From the NCBI GenBank assembly GCA_049509455.1, contig JBEKZX010000006.1, positions 1-55,266 of the forward strand: DNA of 55,266 nucleotides. The letters are read 5' to 3'. Positions 27,283 through 36,201 of this stretch are shown in pieces. Origin of the DNA: Conexivisphaerales archaeon. GTDB lineage: Archaea > Thermoproteota > Nitrososphaeria > Conexivisphaerales > DTJL01. The notes under the pieces were generated by a model. It was not told the DNA's origin and did not search any database. It saw only the letters and a list, made by a program, of their open reading frames with translations. Position 1 is the stretch's first letter. Every line of letters starts with the position of its first letter. Made by a program: the position numbers and the translations under genes.

Positions 27283-28542
27283 CTACCTAGAGCCTATCCT
27301 TCTGGCCACGTCTATGTCGCCCTTGCGCATGAGCATGGCCCTCTTGACCCTCGCCATGGCGATCTCTTCGGCCACCACCCGCATAGAACGGCCCGTCCCG
27401 ATCACCTCTTGGATGACGACCTCAGTGTTCTTGGAAATCTTGTATTCGATGAGGTCGAAGGCCTCCTTTTCGGTCCCGCCCTTGTATTCGACATAGGAGC
27501 CGATGACGCCTCCGGCGTTGACCAGGAGGTCGGGGAGAACCCAGACCCCTGCCGAATGGAGCATCTGATCGCCCTCCTTGGTCGTGGGGATGTTGGCGGC
27601 CTCGACGACCATCCTGACCTTCGCTGACAGCAGCTGGGGGACGGTCATTTCGTTGATGATGTCGGACGTGGCCGCAGGGATGAAGATGTCGCAGGGGATT
27701 CTGAAGATGTCGTCCCTGCCTGCCTTTGAATATGAAGGGATGCTCCACAGCACGGGCTCCTTGGTGGACTGCTTCATCTCATTGAGGACCTTGGGGATGT
27801 CCAGGCCCCGGGGTTCGGCCAGCGAGCAGCTGACGTCAGATATGCCGACTATCTTGAAGCCCATCTCGTCCAGAAACTTGGCGGTGAATGAGCCGACGTT
27901 GCCGAAGCCCTGTATGCAGACCCTGGCCTCTTTCGGGTCGAGGCCGAACTTCTGCAGCTTGTTGAGGAGGCGCAGGGCGAGGTTCACGGCGTGGGCGACG
28001 CCGTAGCCCGTAGTGCCCAGCTCATGGGGGATGCCGCCAATCTCCGAAGGCTTGCCGGTGCAGGCCTTCATGTCCCCGACTTCGTGGGCGAAGACGGCCA
28101 TTTCCAGCTCGGTGGTGCCCATGTCGGTGGCACCCACGTACTGGTTGGGAACGTAAGGCCTGATGGCCCGGGCGAAGGCCCTGACCCACGCCGCCCTGTC
28201 GACCTTGGAAGGGTCGCCGCGGATGCCCGCCTTGGCCCCTCCGAAGGGCAGGCTGGCTAGGGACACCTTCCACGTCATCACCCTGGCGAGCCTGAAAACC
28301 TCCCGAGGCGTCACCGTGGGCGAGAACCGGATGCCGCCCTTCCCTGGCCCGCAGGCCGTGTTGTCAATCACGAGGACGCCCTGCATCCCCGTGTCGGGAT
28401 CGTAGACCTGTATGACCTTTTCAGGTCCCCATTCGTCTCCCATGCTCCAGACGTCTATTTCTTGGAGCCTCTCCGTCGCAATGGCTGGCGCAGAAACGTT
28501 CCCCAAGGAGACTCGCCCAACAGGTAGCGCCGAGGTTTCCAT
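27283..28542 (-). CDS. gdhA: Glu/Leu/Phe/Val dehydrogenase, probably glutamate dehydrogenase
   Basis: GPGKGGIRF, MTWK, LPFGGAKAG, IQGFGNVG, EAANIP, PDLLVNAGGV. Start uncertain: a TATA overlaps ATG 28542, so TTG 28506 or ATG 28443 are alternatives. Confidence 0.88.
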   Translation of the reverse strand: METSALPVGRVSLGNVSAPAIATERLQEIDVWSMGDEWGPEKVIQVYDPDTGMQGVLVIDNTACGPGKGGIRFSPTVTPREVFRLARVMTWKVSLASLPFGGAKAGIRGDPSKVDRAAWVRAFARAIRPYVPNQYVGATDMGTTELEMAVFAHEVGDMKACTGKPSEIGGIPHELGTTGYGVAHAVNLALRLLNKLQKFGLDPKEARVCIQGFGNVGSFTAKFLDEMGFKIVGISDVSCSLAEPRGLDIPKVLNEMKQSTKEPVLWSIPSYSKAGRDDIFRIPCDIFIPAATSDIINEMTVPQLLSAKVRMVVEAANIPTTKEGDQMLHSAGVWVLPDLLVNAGGVIGSYVEYKGGTEKEAFDLIEYKISKNTEVVIQEVIGTGRSMRVVAEEIAMARVKRAMLMRKGDIDVARRIGSR

Positions 28543-28620
28543 ATAAGACCTTCCGTCGGTGGAGGCTGACGCCGAGTCAGGAGAGCTCGCGCCCAGGATT
28601 AGTGAGACGCAGTCGGACGA

Positions 28621-29283
28621 TCAGGCCGTCGCGGGCGCCGGAGTGGGGGCGGGGGCCGGCCAATGCAGACGCCTGTTGAGCCAGTACAGGGGAAAGACGG
28701 AGAGGACCAGCACCCCCCAGGCGTACGCGTACCCTATGAAGCCATACTGAATAGAGATGGATTCGAGTAAGGCCGCGAACAGGAGCATGAAGACCGCCAA
28801 TGCAAGGGACGACATGGCGCGGGGCAGCTCGGCGCGTAGGCGCCTCATGGGGATGGAGTAGGCTAGGAGGAAGCTCTCCGTCACGGCTACTGCATAGGCC
28901 ATGAACTCGACATAGGAGTGAGGGGAGAGGAAGGTGGTAATCAGGAGGAGGCTGACAGGGACGCCGCTAGAAACGGCCAGCGAAGAGATTATCTGGCCAG
29001 TGGTCAGCGTAGCTTCGTAGAAGATGTACCAGCCAAGCACCGGCACGAATTCGCGGAGGGCTATGCTGACGTTGTTGAGGAAGATGTCCAGGGCCTTCAA
29101 CAAGAGGGGCTCGTTCTCCATCTGGGCAACAATCGCTTTGGTGTCGTTGAGGAGGGAGTTCGCCTGGTCCGCCGGGACCTTGATGGTGGAGAAGGCGGCG
29201 AATAAAGCCACCTGTCCGACGAAGACCGCCAACACCAAGATGAGCCACTTCCTGTCGAAGAGGGGCTCCCGGGAGGACATCAT
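28621..29283 (-). CDS. stage II sporulation protein M (SpoIIM)-like membrane protein
   Basis: IFLNNVSIAL, PHSYVEFMAY, AALLES; about 5 TM. Confidence 0.75.
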   Translation of the reverse strand: MMSSREPLFDRKWLILVLAVFVGQVALFAAFSTIKVPADQANSLLNDTKAIVAQMENEPLLLKALDIFLNNVSIALREFVPVLGWYIFYEATLTTGQIISSLAVSSGVPVSLLLITTFLSPHSYVEFMAYAVAVTESFLLAYSIPMRRLRAELPRAMSSLALAVFMLLFAALLESISIQYGFIGYAYAWGVLVLSVFPLYWLNRRLHWPAPAPTPAPATA

Positions 29284-29650
29284 TGTGTGCCCGCTCGCCG
29301 AGCTCCTATTTCTTCTCATCGGTCGTTGTGCCCAGGGACGAACGCCTGGACAAGTGATGGCTAGCGGTGGGCTTCGTTCGAACCCCGTTCGTCCATGCTC
29401 TAAGGATTGGTCGCATGTCCGGAGCGCTTTGCCCAGGCAGGATAGGGTGGATGGGGAGGGAGGCCGCCGCTACTCAAGGCTGAATGAGATTGCATGGTTG
29501 GCCGGGGCTCCTTTTTGTCAGAAAATGTTTAATTCCCATTACTGGGAGTGTCTCTCTATGATGTCCCAGCGGGGAATCGCATCAGCTTCTGCCTCCCAGG
29601 AGGGGCAGGCGCTTGAGCGGGGTGGCCGACCAGAGCGGAACTGATGGCGC

Positions 29651-31201
29651 ATGAGCTTCATCGACACCCCGCTGCTGGTCGTTTCTCTCGCTGTCACGTT
29701 CATCTTCTTCGCCTACGGATTCAACATCTTCTACATGCTGAGGCTTTCGAGGAAGTACAAAAAGCCCACCCCCCAGGGCCACGACAAGCCCACTATAGCC
29801 ATCCATCTCCCCATATTCAACGAACGATATGTCGCCGAGAGGCTCCTAGAGGCCTGCTCGCTCACAGCCGAACTCTACGGAAAGGAGAGGGTGCACGTCG
29901 CCGTGCTCGACGACTCCGATGACGAGACCACCTCGATACTTCAGGGGGTCGCCGCCGGTTATAGGGCCAGGGGGTTCAACTTCGACGTGCAGCACAGGGA
30001 TGACAGGAGCGGCTTCAAGGCGGGGGCCCTCAATGCAGGCCTAGAGAAGGCCAAGGAGGAATTCATCGTAGTCTTCGATTCAGACTTCATGCCGAGGAGG
30101 GACTTCCTGGGCAGGGCGGCCAGCTACATAACGGCCGACGACAGGCTGGGGGTGGTCCAGTTCAGGTGGAGCTACACCAACCGCGAGTACAACTGGATAA
30201 CCAAGGCGGTCTCAATTGGGATGGACGCGCACTTCATGATCGAGCAGCCCGCGAGGTGCGCCGGCGGCCTGTTCCTCAATTTCAACGGGAGCGCCGGCAT
30301 CATCCGGACCAGCGCGCTCCGCGAATCCGGTGGCTGGCAGTCCGACACCTTGGCCGAGGACCTGGACGTCAGCTACAGGATGCAGCTCCTCCACTACCGC
30401 ATTCAGTACGTCGACGACGACGTCCCCTGCGAAATCCCACCCACCGTAGCGGGCTTCAAGAGGCAGCAGGCGAGATGGGCCAGAGGCAGCCTGCAGGTGG
30501 CCAAGAAGTCGCTCCCCAGGCTTCTGAGGGACAAAGGCGTCACCGTGCGCCAGAAGCTGGAAGCTTACATTCACCTGACGTATTACGCTGTCCATCCCCT
30601 CATGTACGCCTCATTCCTGCTGGCCGCCGTGGCCGCCATATTCAACATCGACAGCATCAAAGTCATCATCCCCACGGCCGCTCAGGTGGGCGGGCTCGGT
30701 CAGGGAGGAGCGGCCGGGTTCTCTTGGGTCGACCCGGTGTGGGTTATCTTCGCGCTCTCGATCCTCCTGTGCACCGCAGCGGCCTGGATCTATTACATCG
30801 TGGCCATGAGGATGCAGCATATCAGTGTGGCTAGAAACTGGAGGTCTCTTCTGGCCTTGGGCTTCCTGGGCTACGGTATTAGCGTGAGCAACACGCTCGA
30901 AGCGGCGAAGGCCTTCCTGCTGAAGGGGAGCGGTGTGTTCAAGAGGACGCCGAAATACGCGGTGATCGGGAGGGAGGGCACCTGGAAGGACAAGAAATAC
31001 CAGGTGCCCCTGGACTACACGTCGATGGTGGAGGCTCTCAGCGTGATACTGGCGGCCGTGGCCATCGGCAGGGCCGTCGCCTTCAGTAACTACGGAATCA
31101 TAATAATATTGGGCGTCTACGCCTTCGCCTACATCTTTGTGTTCTCCACCACCATCTCCCAGAGCGGCAAGGAGAACGCCATCCCCGTCTTAGCTTCCTG
31201 A
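29651..31201 (+). CDS. processive GT2 glycosyltransferase (cellulose synthase/CslA-like)
   Basis: LDDS, GFKAGALN, FDSDF, LAEDLD, RQQARW; N-terminal and several C-terminal TM helices; FKRTPKY. Confidence 0.9.
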   Translation: MSFIDTPLLVVSLAVTFIFFAYGFNIFYMLRLSRKYKKPTPQGHDKPTIAIHLPIFNERYVAERLLEACSLTAELYGKERVHVAVLDDSDDETTSILQGVAAGYRARGFNFDVQHRDDRSGFKAGALNAGLEKAKEEFIVVFDSDFMPRRDFLGRAASYITADDRLGVVQFRWSYTNREYNWITKAVSIGMDAHFMIEQPARCAGGLFLNFNGSAGIIRTSALRESGGWQSDTLAEDLDVSYRMQLLHYRIQYVDDDVPCEIPPTVAGFKRQQARWARGSLQVAKKSLPRLLRDKGVTVRQKLEAYIHLTYYAVHPLMYASFLLAAVAAIFNIDSIKVIIPTAAQVGGLGQGGAAGFSWVDPVWVIFALSILLCTAAAWIYYIVAMRMQHISVARNWRSLLALGFLGYGISVSNTLEAAKAFLLKGSGVFKRTPKYAVIGREGTWKDKKYQVPLDYTSMVEALSVILAAVAIGRAVAFSNYGIIIILGVYAFAYIFVFSTTISQSGKENAIPVLAS

Positions 31202-31206
31202 CGGCT

Positions 31207-32751
31207 TCACTGGGGCTCTATGGTCGAGGGCGGCTTGTTGGTGACTGCGTATGTCACCAAGGAGACCTCGGGAAGCCTGTTCGTGACCTTCCTGCTGACG
31301 GCGTCTAGGAGGTCGAACGGGAGGCGAACCCAATCGGCGGTCATCCCGTCCTCCGAAGTTACGGCCTTGAGCGTGACGACGTATCCTTCGCGGCGCAGGT
31401 CGCCCGCGACGCCGACGACCTTGTCGTCTCCTACGATGGCGAAGGCCTGCCACAGCTTCTCGTAGAGCCCCGCGGAGCGCAGCTCGTCTTCGAAGATGGC
31501 GCTGGCTTCCCGGCAGACGCCAAGCTTCTGTGGGGTGACCTCGCCCACGATCCTCACAGCCAGGCCCGGGCCGGGGAAGGGGTGGCGCACTACGAACTCC
31601 CTGGGCATGCCCAGCTGGGCGGCGACCTTCCTCACTTCGTCCTTGTAGAGCTCCCTCAGCGGCTCCAGGAGCTTGAAAGGTATCCCCTTGGGTAGGCCGG
31701 CGACATTGTGATGGGCCTTGATCCTGGAGGCCGGCCCCGCTGTGGAGGCGCTCTCGATCACGTCGGGATAGAGCGTCCCCTGGGCCAGCCACTGGAAGGG
31801 GCCCTCTTCCCTGTTGAAGTCCTCGAAGACCCTAGCGAATTCGGCCCCCACGATGAGCCTCTTCTCCTCGGGCCCGGTAACTCCCTTCAGAGCGGCAAGG
31901 AAGCGTTTGGATGCTTCGATGCGGACGACCTTCAGGCCGAGGAGGTCGCGCAGGGTGTGGAGGACCTCCTCACTCTCGCCCTTCCTCAACAGGCCATGGT
32001 CTACGAACAGGCAGGCGAGGTTCTCCCCCACGGCCTTGGAGACCATCAGGGCCAGGGTGGACGAATCGACCCCCCCGCTGACCGCGCAGAGCACCCTTTC
32101 GGGGCCCACCGCCTTCCTGACCGCCTCTATCTCGGAACCCACGAAGTCCTCCAGCCTCCAAGTCTTCCTGCAGCCGCATACGTCGTAGACGAACGCCGCC
32201 AGGATGTCCGTCCCGTACTCGGTCTGGGTGACCTCGGGGTGAAACTGGAGGCCGAAGACCCTGCGTCGCCGGTCCTCGATGGCTGCGAAGAGGGAGTTGT
32301 CGGAGGTGGCCGTCACCTGGAAGCCCTTCGGCATCTTGGTCACCTGGTCCCCGTGACTGGCCCAAATGCGGCTCCGCGCAGGGACCCTCTGGAGGAGAGA
32401 CGAACCGGCGCGCACCTTGAGGGTGGACTCGCCATATTCGCTCTTCGTGGCGGGCTTCACGACCCCCCCGAATAGGTGGGCGATGAGCTGGTGCCCGTAG
32501 CAGATACCCAGTATCGGTAGGCCTAGGCTGAGGACGTCGGGCGACGGCTTGGGCGCGCCCTTCACGTACACGCTGGAGGGGCCGCCCGAGAAGATAAGCC
32601 CCCTCGCCTCGCTCTCCCTGACGTAGCTGGTGGGGACCGAAAACGGGACCAGCTGGCAGGGCACCTCGAGCTCCCTGACCCTCCGCACTATTAGATGCGC
32701 ATACTGCCCGCCAAAATCGAGTACAAGGATCCCGCCCCGGGTCGACTTCAT
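31207..32751 (-). CDS. guaA: GMP synthase (glutamine-hydrolysing), fused GATase+ATPPase
   Basis: LDFGGQY, GICYGHQ, QFHPEV, SGGVDSS, QGTLYPDVIES, HHNVAGL, HPFPGPGL, KPPSTIE; ATG 32751. Confidence 0.97.
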   Translation of the reverse strand: MKSTRGGILVLDFGGQYAHLIVRRVRELEVPCQLVPFSVPTSYVRESEARGLIFSGGPSSVYVKGAPKPSPDVLSLGLPILGICYGHQLIAHLFGGVVKPATKSEYGESTLKVRAGSSLLQRVPARSRIWASHGDQVTKMPKGFQVTATSDNSLFAAIEDRRRRVFGLQFHPEVTQTEYGTDILAAFVYDVCGCRKTWRLEDFVGSEIEAVRKAVGPERVLCAVSGGVDSSTLALMVSKAVGENLACLFVDHGLLRKGESEEVLHTLRDLLGLKVVRIEASKRFLAALKGVTGPEEKRLIVGAEFARVFEDFNREEGPFQWLAQGTLYPDVIESASTAGPASRIKAHHNVAGLPKGIPFKLLEPLRELYKDEVRKVAAQLGMPREFVVRHPFPGPGLAVRIVGEVTPQKLGVCREASAIFEDELRSAGLYEKLWQAFAIVGDDKVVGVAGDLRREGYVVTLKAVTSEDGMTADWVRLPFDLLDAVSRKVTNRLPEVSLVTYAVTNKPPSTIEPQ

Positions 32752-32773
32752 AGAAGAAAACCAGCTCGACACA

Positions 32774-32781
32774 TATTTAAA
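32774..32781. promoter_or_regulatory. shared bidirectional TATA box (guaA / phosphoribosyltransferase)
   Basis: TATTTAAA lies 23 nt from ATG 32751 (minus) and 23 nt from ATG 32804 (plus). Confidence 0.55.
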
Positions 32782-32803
32782 CGTGGTTTGGCGCCTCCAA
32801 AAT

Positions 32804-33385
32804 ATGGATTGGCTCGGAACCGTGAAGGAGGACCTCCTCAAGGCCTCCATCGTGCAATTGAGACAGGCCGACAGGGTCTACGACTATATCGTCAACCCCC
32901 TTAGCTCGGGCGTGCCGGAGATACCCAGCCAAGCCCTCTGGGGCTGCGGCTACGAGATGGCGAGGATCCTCAACCTGAAAGGGGCAGGCAAGATAATGGC
33001 ACCCGAGGCCATGGGCTTCCATATAGCGACTGCCCTGAGCATGGTGACGGGTATCCCCATGCTTATGATCAGGAAGCGTTCTTATTTTCTTCCCGGCGAA
33101 GTGGCGGTGCCCAAGAAGACCGGCTACGACGAGTCCGTCATGTACATCAACGGCGTCAGTCCGGGCGACAGGGTGGTGCTGGTGGACTCCATCATCGCGA
33201 CGGGCGGGACGCTCCTCCCGATCATCAAAGCCCTGCAGGGGCTGGGGGCCGTCGTCCACGACGCCGCCGTGGTGATTGAGAGAGAAGGGCTCCACGGGGT
33301 CGAGGTCATCGAGAAGGAGACTGGCGTCCACGTGAAGACGCTCCTCAAGATAGACATCGTCGATGGCAAAGTCCAAATTATGTAG
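32804..33385 (+). CDS. hpt: archaeal hypoxanthine/guanine (adenine-type) phosphoribosyltransferase
   Basis: YIVNPLSSGVP, PEAMG, IRKRSY.LPGEV, VLVDSIIATGGT PRPP loop. Confidence 0.85.
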   Translation: MDWLGTVKEDLLKASIVQLRQADRVYDYIVNPLSSGVPEIPSQALWGCGYEMARILNLKGAGKIMAPEAMGFHIATALSMVTGIPMLMIRKRSYFLPGEVAVPKKTGYDESVMYINGVSPGDRVVLVDSIIATGGTLLPIIKALQGLGAVVHDAAVVIEREGLHGVEVIEKETGVHVKTLLKIDIVDGKVQIM

Positions 33386-33435
33386 GCTCTTCGCTAGCCG
33401 ACTAGGACGTGGGGGAGGCTGCGGTTCCGAGGATG

Positions 33436-34119
33436 CTATTCCCGGCTCTTTATGTAAGAAGCCACCCATAAGGTTCTCCTGGCGGCCCCGGCATTCCTGA
33501 CCTGAGGCATAGAGAGGATGGCGTAGGAGACACACGCCACGAACAGGAGTTGGAGGACGTTGAAGATCGCGGTGAAGCCGAGCACCAGCGCGAGGGCGTT
33601 GCTGTCGGTGAGAGTCACCCCAATCAACGCAAAGGACGCCGAAACAAAGGCGACGATGCCGGGGACGGTGTAAATCAGGATGATGACCACGTAGTTAGCC
33701 AGGGTCATCAATATGGCGCGGCTGATTAGCCCCAGGGTGGTCCCAAAGCCGGCGGCCCTGCCGACCGTCGCGTGCCTACTCCTCGAAGCCAGCGCCATTC
33801 CCAGCCAGATGCCAGCCAGGGAAGAAACTATCGCGACGAGCTTGAGCACCGGGCCGACGGGCACGTTCGCCCCGATCAGCATGAGCGTGATGAATTCGAC
33901 GACGGAGGCCGTTAGGGCCGGGGCCGGGCCGAAGATGAAGAAGGCGAGCAGGATGGCTATCTCTCCGAGATCGAACTGGAGGTAGGGCACTAACGGGAAG
34001 CTGAGGACCAGCCACTGCGAAATGAAGGTGAGGATCACCGCCAGCGCGCCGAACACCGCGCCGCCTACGATGACCTGGTTCTTGCTCCGAAGGCTCTGCA
34101 AGTTGTTGGTAACTACCAT
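33436..34119 (-). CDS. ECF transporter S component (RibU/PanT-like)
   Basis: SFPLVPYLQFDLGEIAILLAFFIFGP signature; about 6 TM; divergent from riboflavin kinase. Confidence 0.8.
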   Translation of the reverse strand: MVVTNNLQSLRSKNQVIVGGAVFGALAVILTFISQWLVLSFPLVPYLQFDLGEIAILLAFFIFGPAPALTASVVEFITLMLIGANVPVGPVLKLVAIVSSLAGIWLGMALASRSRHATVGRAAGFGTTLGLISRAILMTLANYVVIILIYTVPGIVAFVSASFALIGVTLTDSNALALVLGFTAIFNVLQLLFVACVSYAILSMPQVRNAGAARRTLWVASYIKSRE

Positions 34120-34138
34120 CCTCCTGGTATTTAGGTCT

Positions 34139-34163
34139 TGGTTGTAACAACCACTTAAGTAGT
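34139..34163. promoter_or_regulatory. candidate RbkR operator / TATA region
   Basis: Perfect 15-bp palindrome TGGTTGTAACAACCA (34139-34153) next to ACTTAAGT (34153-34160) in the divergent intergenic region. Confidence 0.5.
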
Positions 34164-34198
34164 AGATGTTGCCTCGATAGGGGGAGAGGACGGAGGAA

Positions 34199-34909
34199 AT
34201 GGTCCAAGCAAGGAAATATGCACGCTCACCCTACTTCCCGACCCTCGTGGAGCTGCTCCTCCTCGGGGCGAAGAGCCGCTTCATCCCGCTGACCACCGAA
34301 GGGCTCGCCGGGCAGCTGGGCAAGTCGCAGCAGGCGGTCTCCCAGCACATCCTGGAGCTCGAGAGACAGGGATACATCGAGAGGGAGAGGGAGGGGAGGC
34401 GGTTCAACATAAAGCTCACGGACAAGGCCGTCAACGACTTGACGTCCTACTACCTAACGCTCCGAAGCGTCCTCGAAGAGGCGCCCGACATCTTCGAGTT
34501 CAGCGGCGAGCTCTTCACGGGGCTGGGCGAAGGTGCCTACTACGTCAGCATGTCAGGCTACGCCAAGCAGTTCAAGGAGAAGCTGGGCTTCGAGCCCTTC
34601 CCTGGGACCCTCAACCTGAGGCTGGACACCCGCACGGACAGGGTGCAGGTGGAGCAGCTTAGGAGCAGGACGGGGATACTGATTGATGGTTTCACCGACG
34701 GGACCCGCTCGTTTGGGGCTCTCCGCGTCTTCCCCGCTCTGATCGAGGATGAAAGGGGCGCAATCCTTGCCATCGACAGGACCCATTACGACGTCTCCGT
34801 GCTGGAGCTCATAGCGCCGAAGAACCTCAGGGACGCCCTTGGCCTGAAGGACGGGTCCAAGGTTTCAGTCAAGGCCTTCCTTCAGACCCCGATGGCGAGG
34901 CCCGGGTGA
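34199..34909 (+). CDS. ribK: CTP-dependent riboflavin kinase with N-terminal HTH (RbkR-type)
   Basis: LAGQLGKSQQAVSQHILELE HTH; GELFTGLGEGAYYV, GFEPFPGTLNL, LELIAPKNLRDALGLKDG. Confidence 0.92.
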   Translation: MVQARKYARSPYFPTLVELLLLGAKSRFIPLTTEGLAGQLGKSQQAVSQHILELERQGYIEREREGRRFNIKLTDKAVNDLTSYYLTLRSVLEEAPDIFEFSGELFTGLGEGAYYVSMSGYAKQFKEKLGFEPFPGTLNLRLDTRTDRVQVEQLRSRTGILIDGFTDGTRSFGALRVFPALIEDERGAILAIDRTHYDVSVLELIAPKNLRDALGLKDGSKVSVKAFLQTPMARPG

Positions 34910-34953
34910 ACGGGAGGGCCAGCTGGGTCTGATTCGCGGATGATGGTGCGGTC

Positions 34954-35493
34954 ATGTCCAGCTTCATCGTTCGGAAGGCGACCCTCGACGACCTCGACGT
35001 CCTGGTCAAGCAAAGGCACCTGATGTTCGAGGAGATGGAGCCGCGCACGGAGGAGGAGCACGCCATCGGGGACAGGACATACCGCATATGGGTGAGGAAG
35101 ATGATGAAGGACGATCATCTGGTGTTCTTCCTGGCCGAAGGCAAGAAGGGGAGGATAGTCGCCGGCGGCGGCGTGTGGCTGCGCGAACGGCAGCCGAGGC
35201 TTCGCGACAAGGGAGGGCTTGGGCCTTACCTGCTCTCGATGTATACCGATCCGGGGTTCAGGGGGAAAGGCCTCGCCACCTCCATCGTAAAGAGTGCGGA
35301 GGATTGGTCGAGGGAGAATGGCTACTACACGATCACCCTCCACGCGTCGAAGATGGGCCGGAAGCTCTACTCCGAGCTGGGCTGGAAGAGGGGCTGGGAG
35401 ATGTACAAGGAGCTCGATTCCCAGTCCTCGGGCGTAGAAAAGAGAGGACGTGCGTCCGCCAAGGGCCGGGACGGGTCCGGACGCCACTTTTAA
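34954..35493 (+). CDS. GNAT family N-acetyltransferase
   Basis: IVRKATLDD, YLLSMYTDPGFRGKGLA, LHAS..GRKLYSELGW. Confidence 0.88.
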   Translation: MSSFIVRKATLDDLDVLVKQRHLMFEEMEPRTEEEHAIGDRTYRIWVRKMMKDDHLVFFLAEGKKGRIVAGGGVWLRERQPRLRDKGGLGPYLLSMYTDPGFRGKGLATSIVKSAEDWSRENGYYTITLHASKMGRKLYSELGWKRGWEMYKELDSQSSGVEKRGRASAKGRDGSGRHF

Positions 35494-35518
35494 ATAAAGC
35501 CAAATTCCGAACCTGGTG

Positions 35519-36178
35519 ATGTCTGCCGCACGCAAGAACGTACATGTCATCAACCATCCGCTGGCACAGGCCATTCTCACGGAGCTCAGGAACAAGAATA
35601 CGCCGCAGATACCCTTCAGGAAGGGTCTCGTCAAGCTCGGTCGCCTTACGGCTGTGGAGATCATCTCCTCTTTTCCTACCAAGGAGGTCTCAGTGGAGAC
35701 GCCGCTCAACGTCAAGGCAAAGGGCGTCGTCGTCCCCGACATGGAACATATTGTCATCATCAACGTGCTGAGGGCGGCCACTGCGCTCGTGGAAGGGATG
35801 CTGAAGTCCTTCCCGTACGCCAGGCTGGGCGTGCTCGCGGTGCAGAGGGTCGAAGAGAAGGAGGGGATCGAGAACGTGAAGCCGGTCAAGTTCTTCGTCA
35901 AGATACCGAAGTTCAACGGCGATGACACGGTCATCGTAGCCGACCCCATGCTCGCTACGGGTGGAACCCTGCTCACGACCATAGCGGAGATATACAAGAT
36001 CGGGAAACCGAAGAGGCTCATCCTCGCGTCCGTCATCTCCTGCGACTACGGAATAGATCAGGTGACGAAGAAGTACCCAGAAGCGGAGCTCTACACGGTG
36101 GCCATCGACCACGAATTGAACACGCACGCCTACATAGTGCCAGGCTTGGGGGACGCTGGTGACAGGTCCTTCGGCTAG
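35519..36178 (+). CDS. upp: uracil phosphoribosyltransferase
   Basis: HPLAQ, VETPL, VLRAA, DPMLATGGT, YIVPGLGDAGDR; start GTG 35516 or ATG 35519. Confidence 0.95.
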   Translation: MSAARKNVHVINHPLAQAILTELRNKNTPQIPFRKGLVKLGRLTAVEIISSFPTKEVSVETPLNVKAKGVVVPDMEHIVIINVLRAATALVEGMLKSFPYARLGVLAVQRVEEKEGIENVKPVKFFVKIPKFNGDDTVIVADPMLATGGTLLTTIAEIYKIGKPKRLILASVISCDYGIDQVTKKYPEAELYTVAIDHELNTHAYIVPGLGDAGDRSFG

Positions 36179-36201
36179 AAGCAAGCATCGCAGTTTCAGT
36201 T

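Noticed and set aside
29336-29395. tRNA gene
   Set aside because: It has GTTCGAACCC and ends in CCA, but it is only 60 nt and I cannot form D and anticodon arms.
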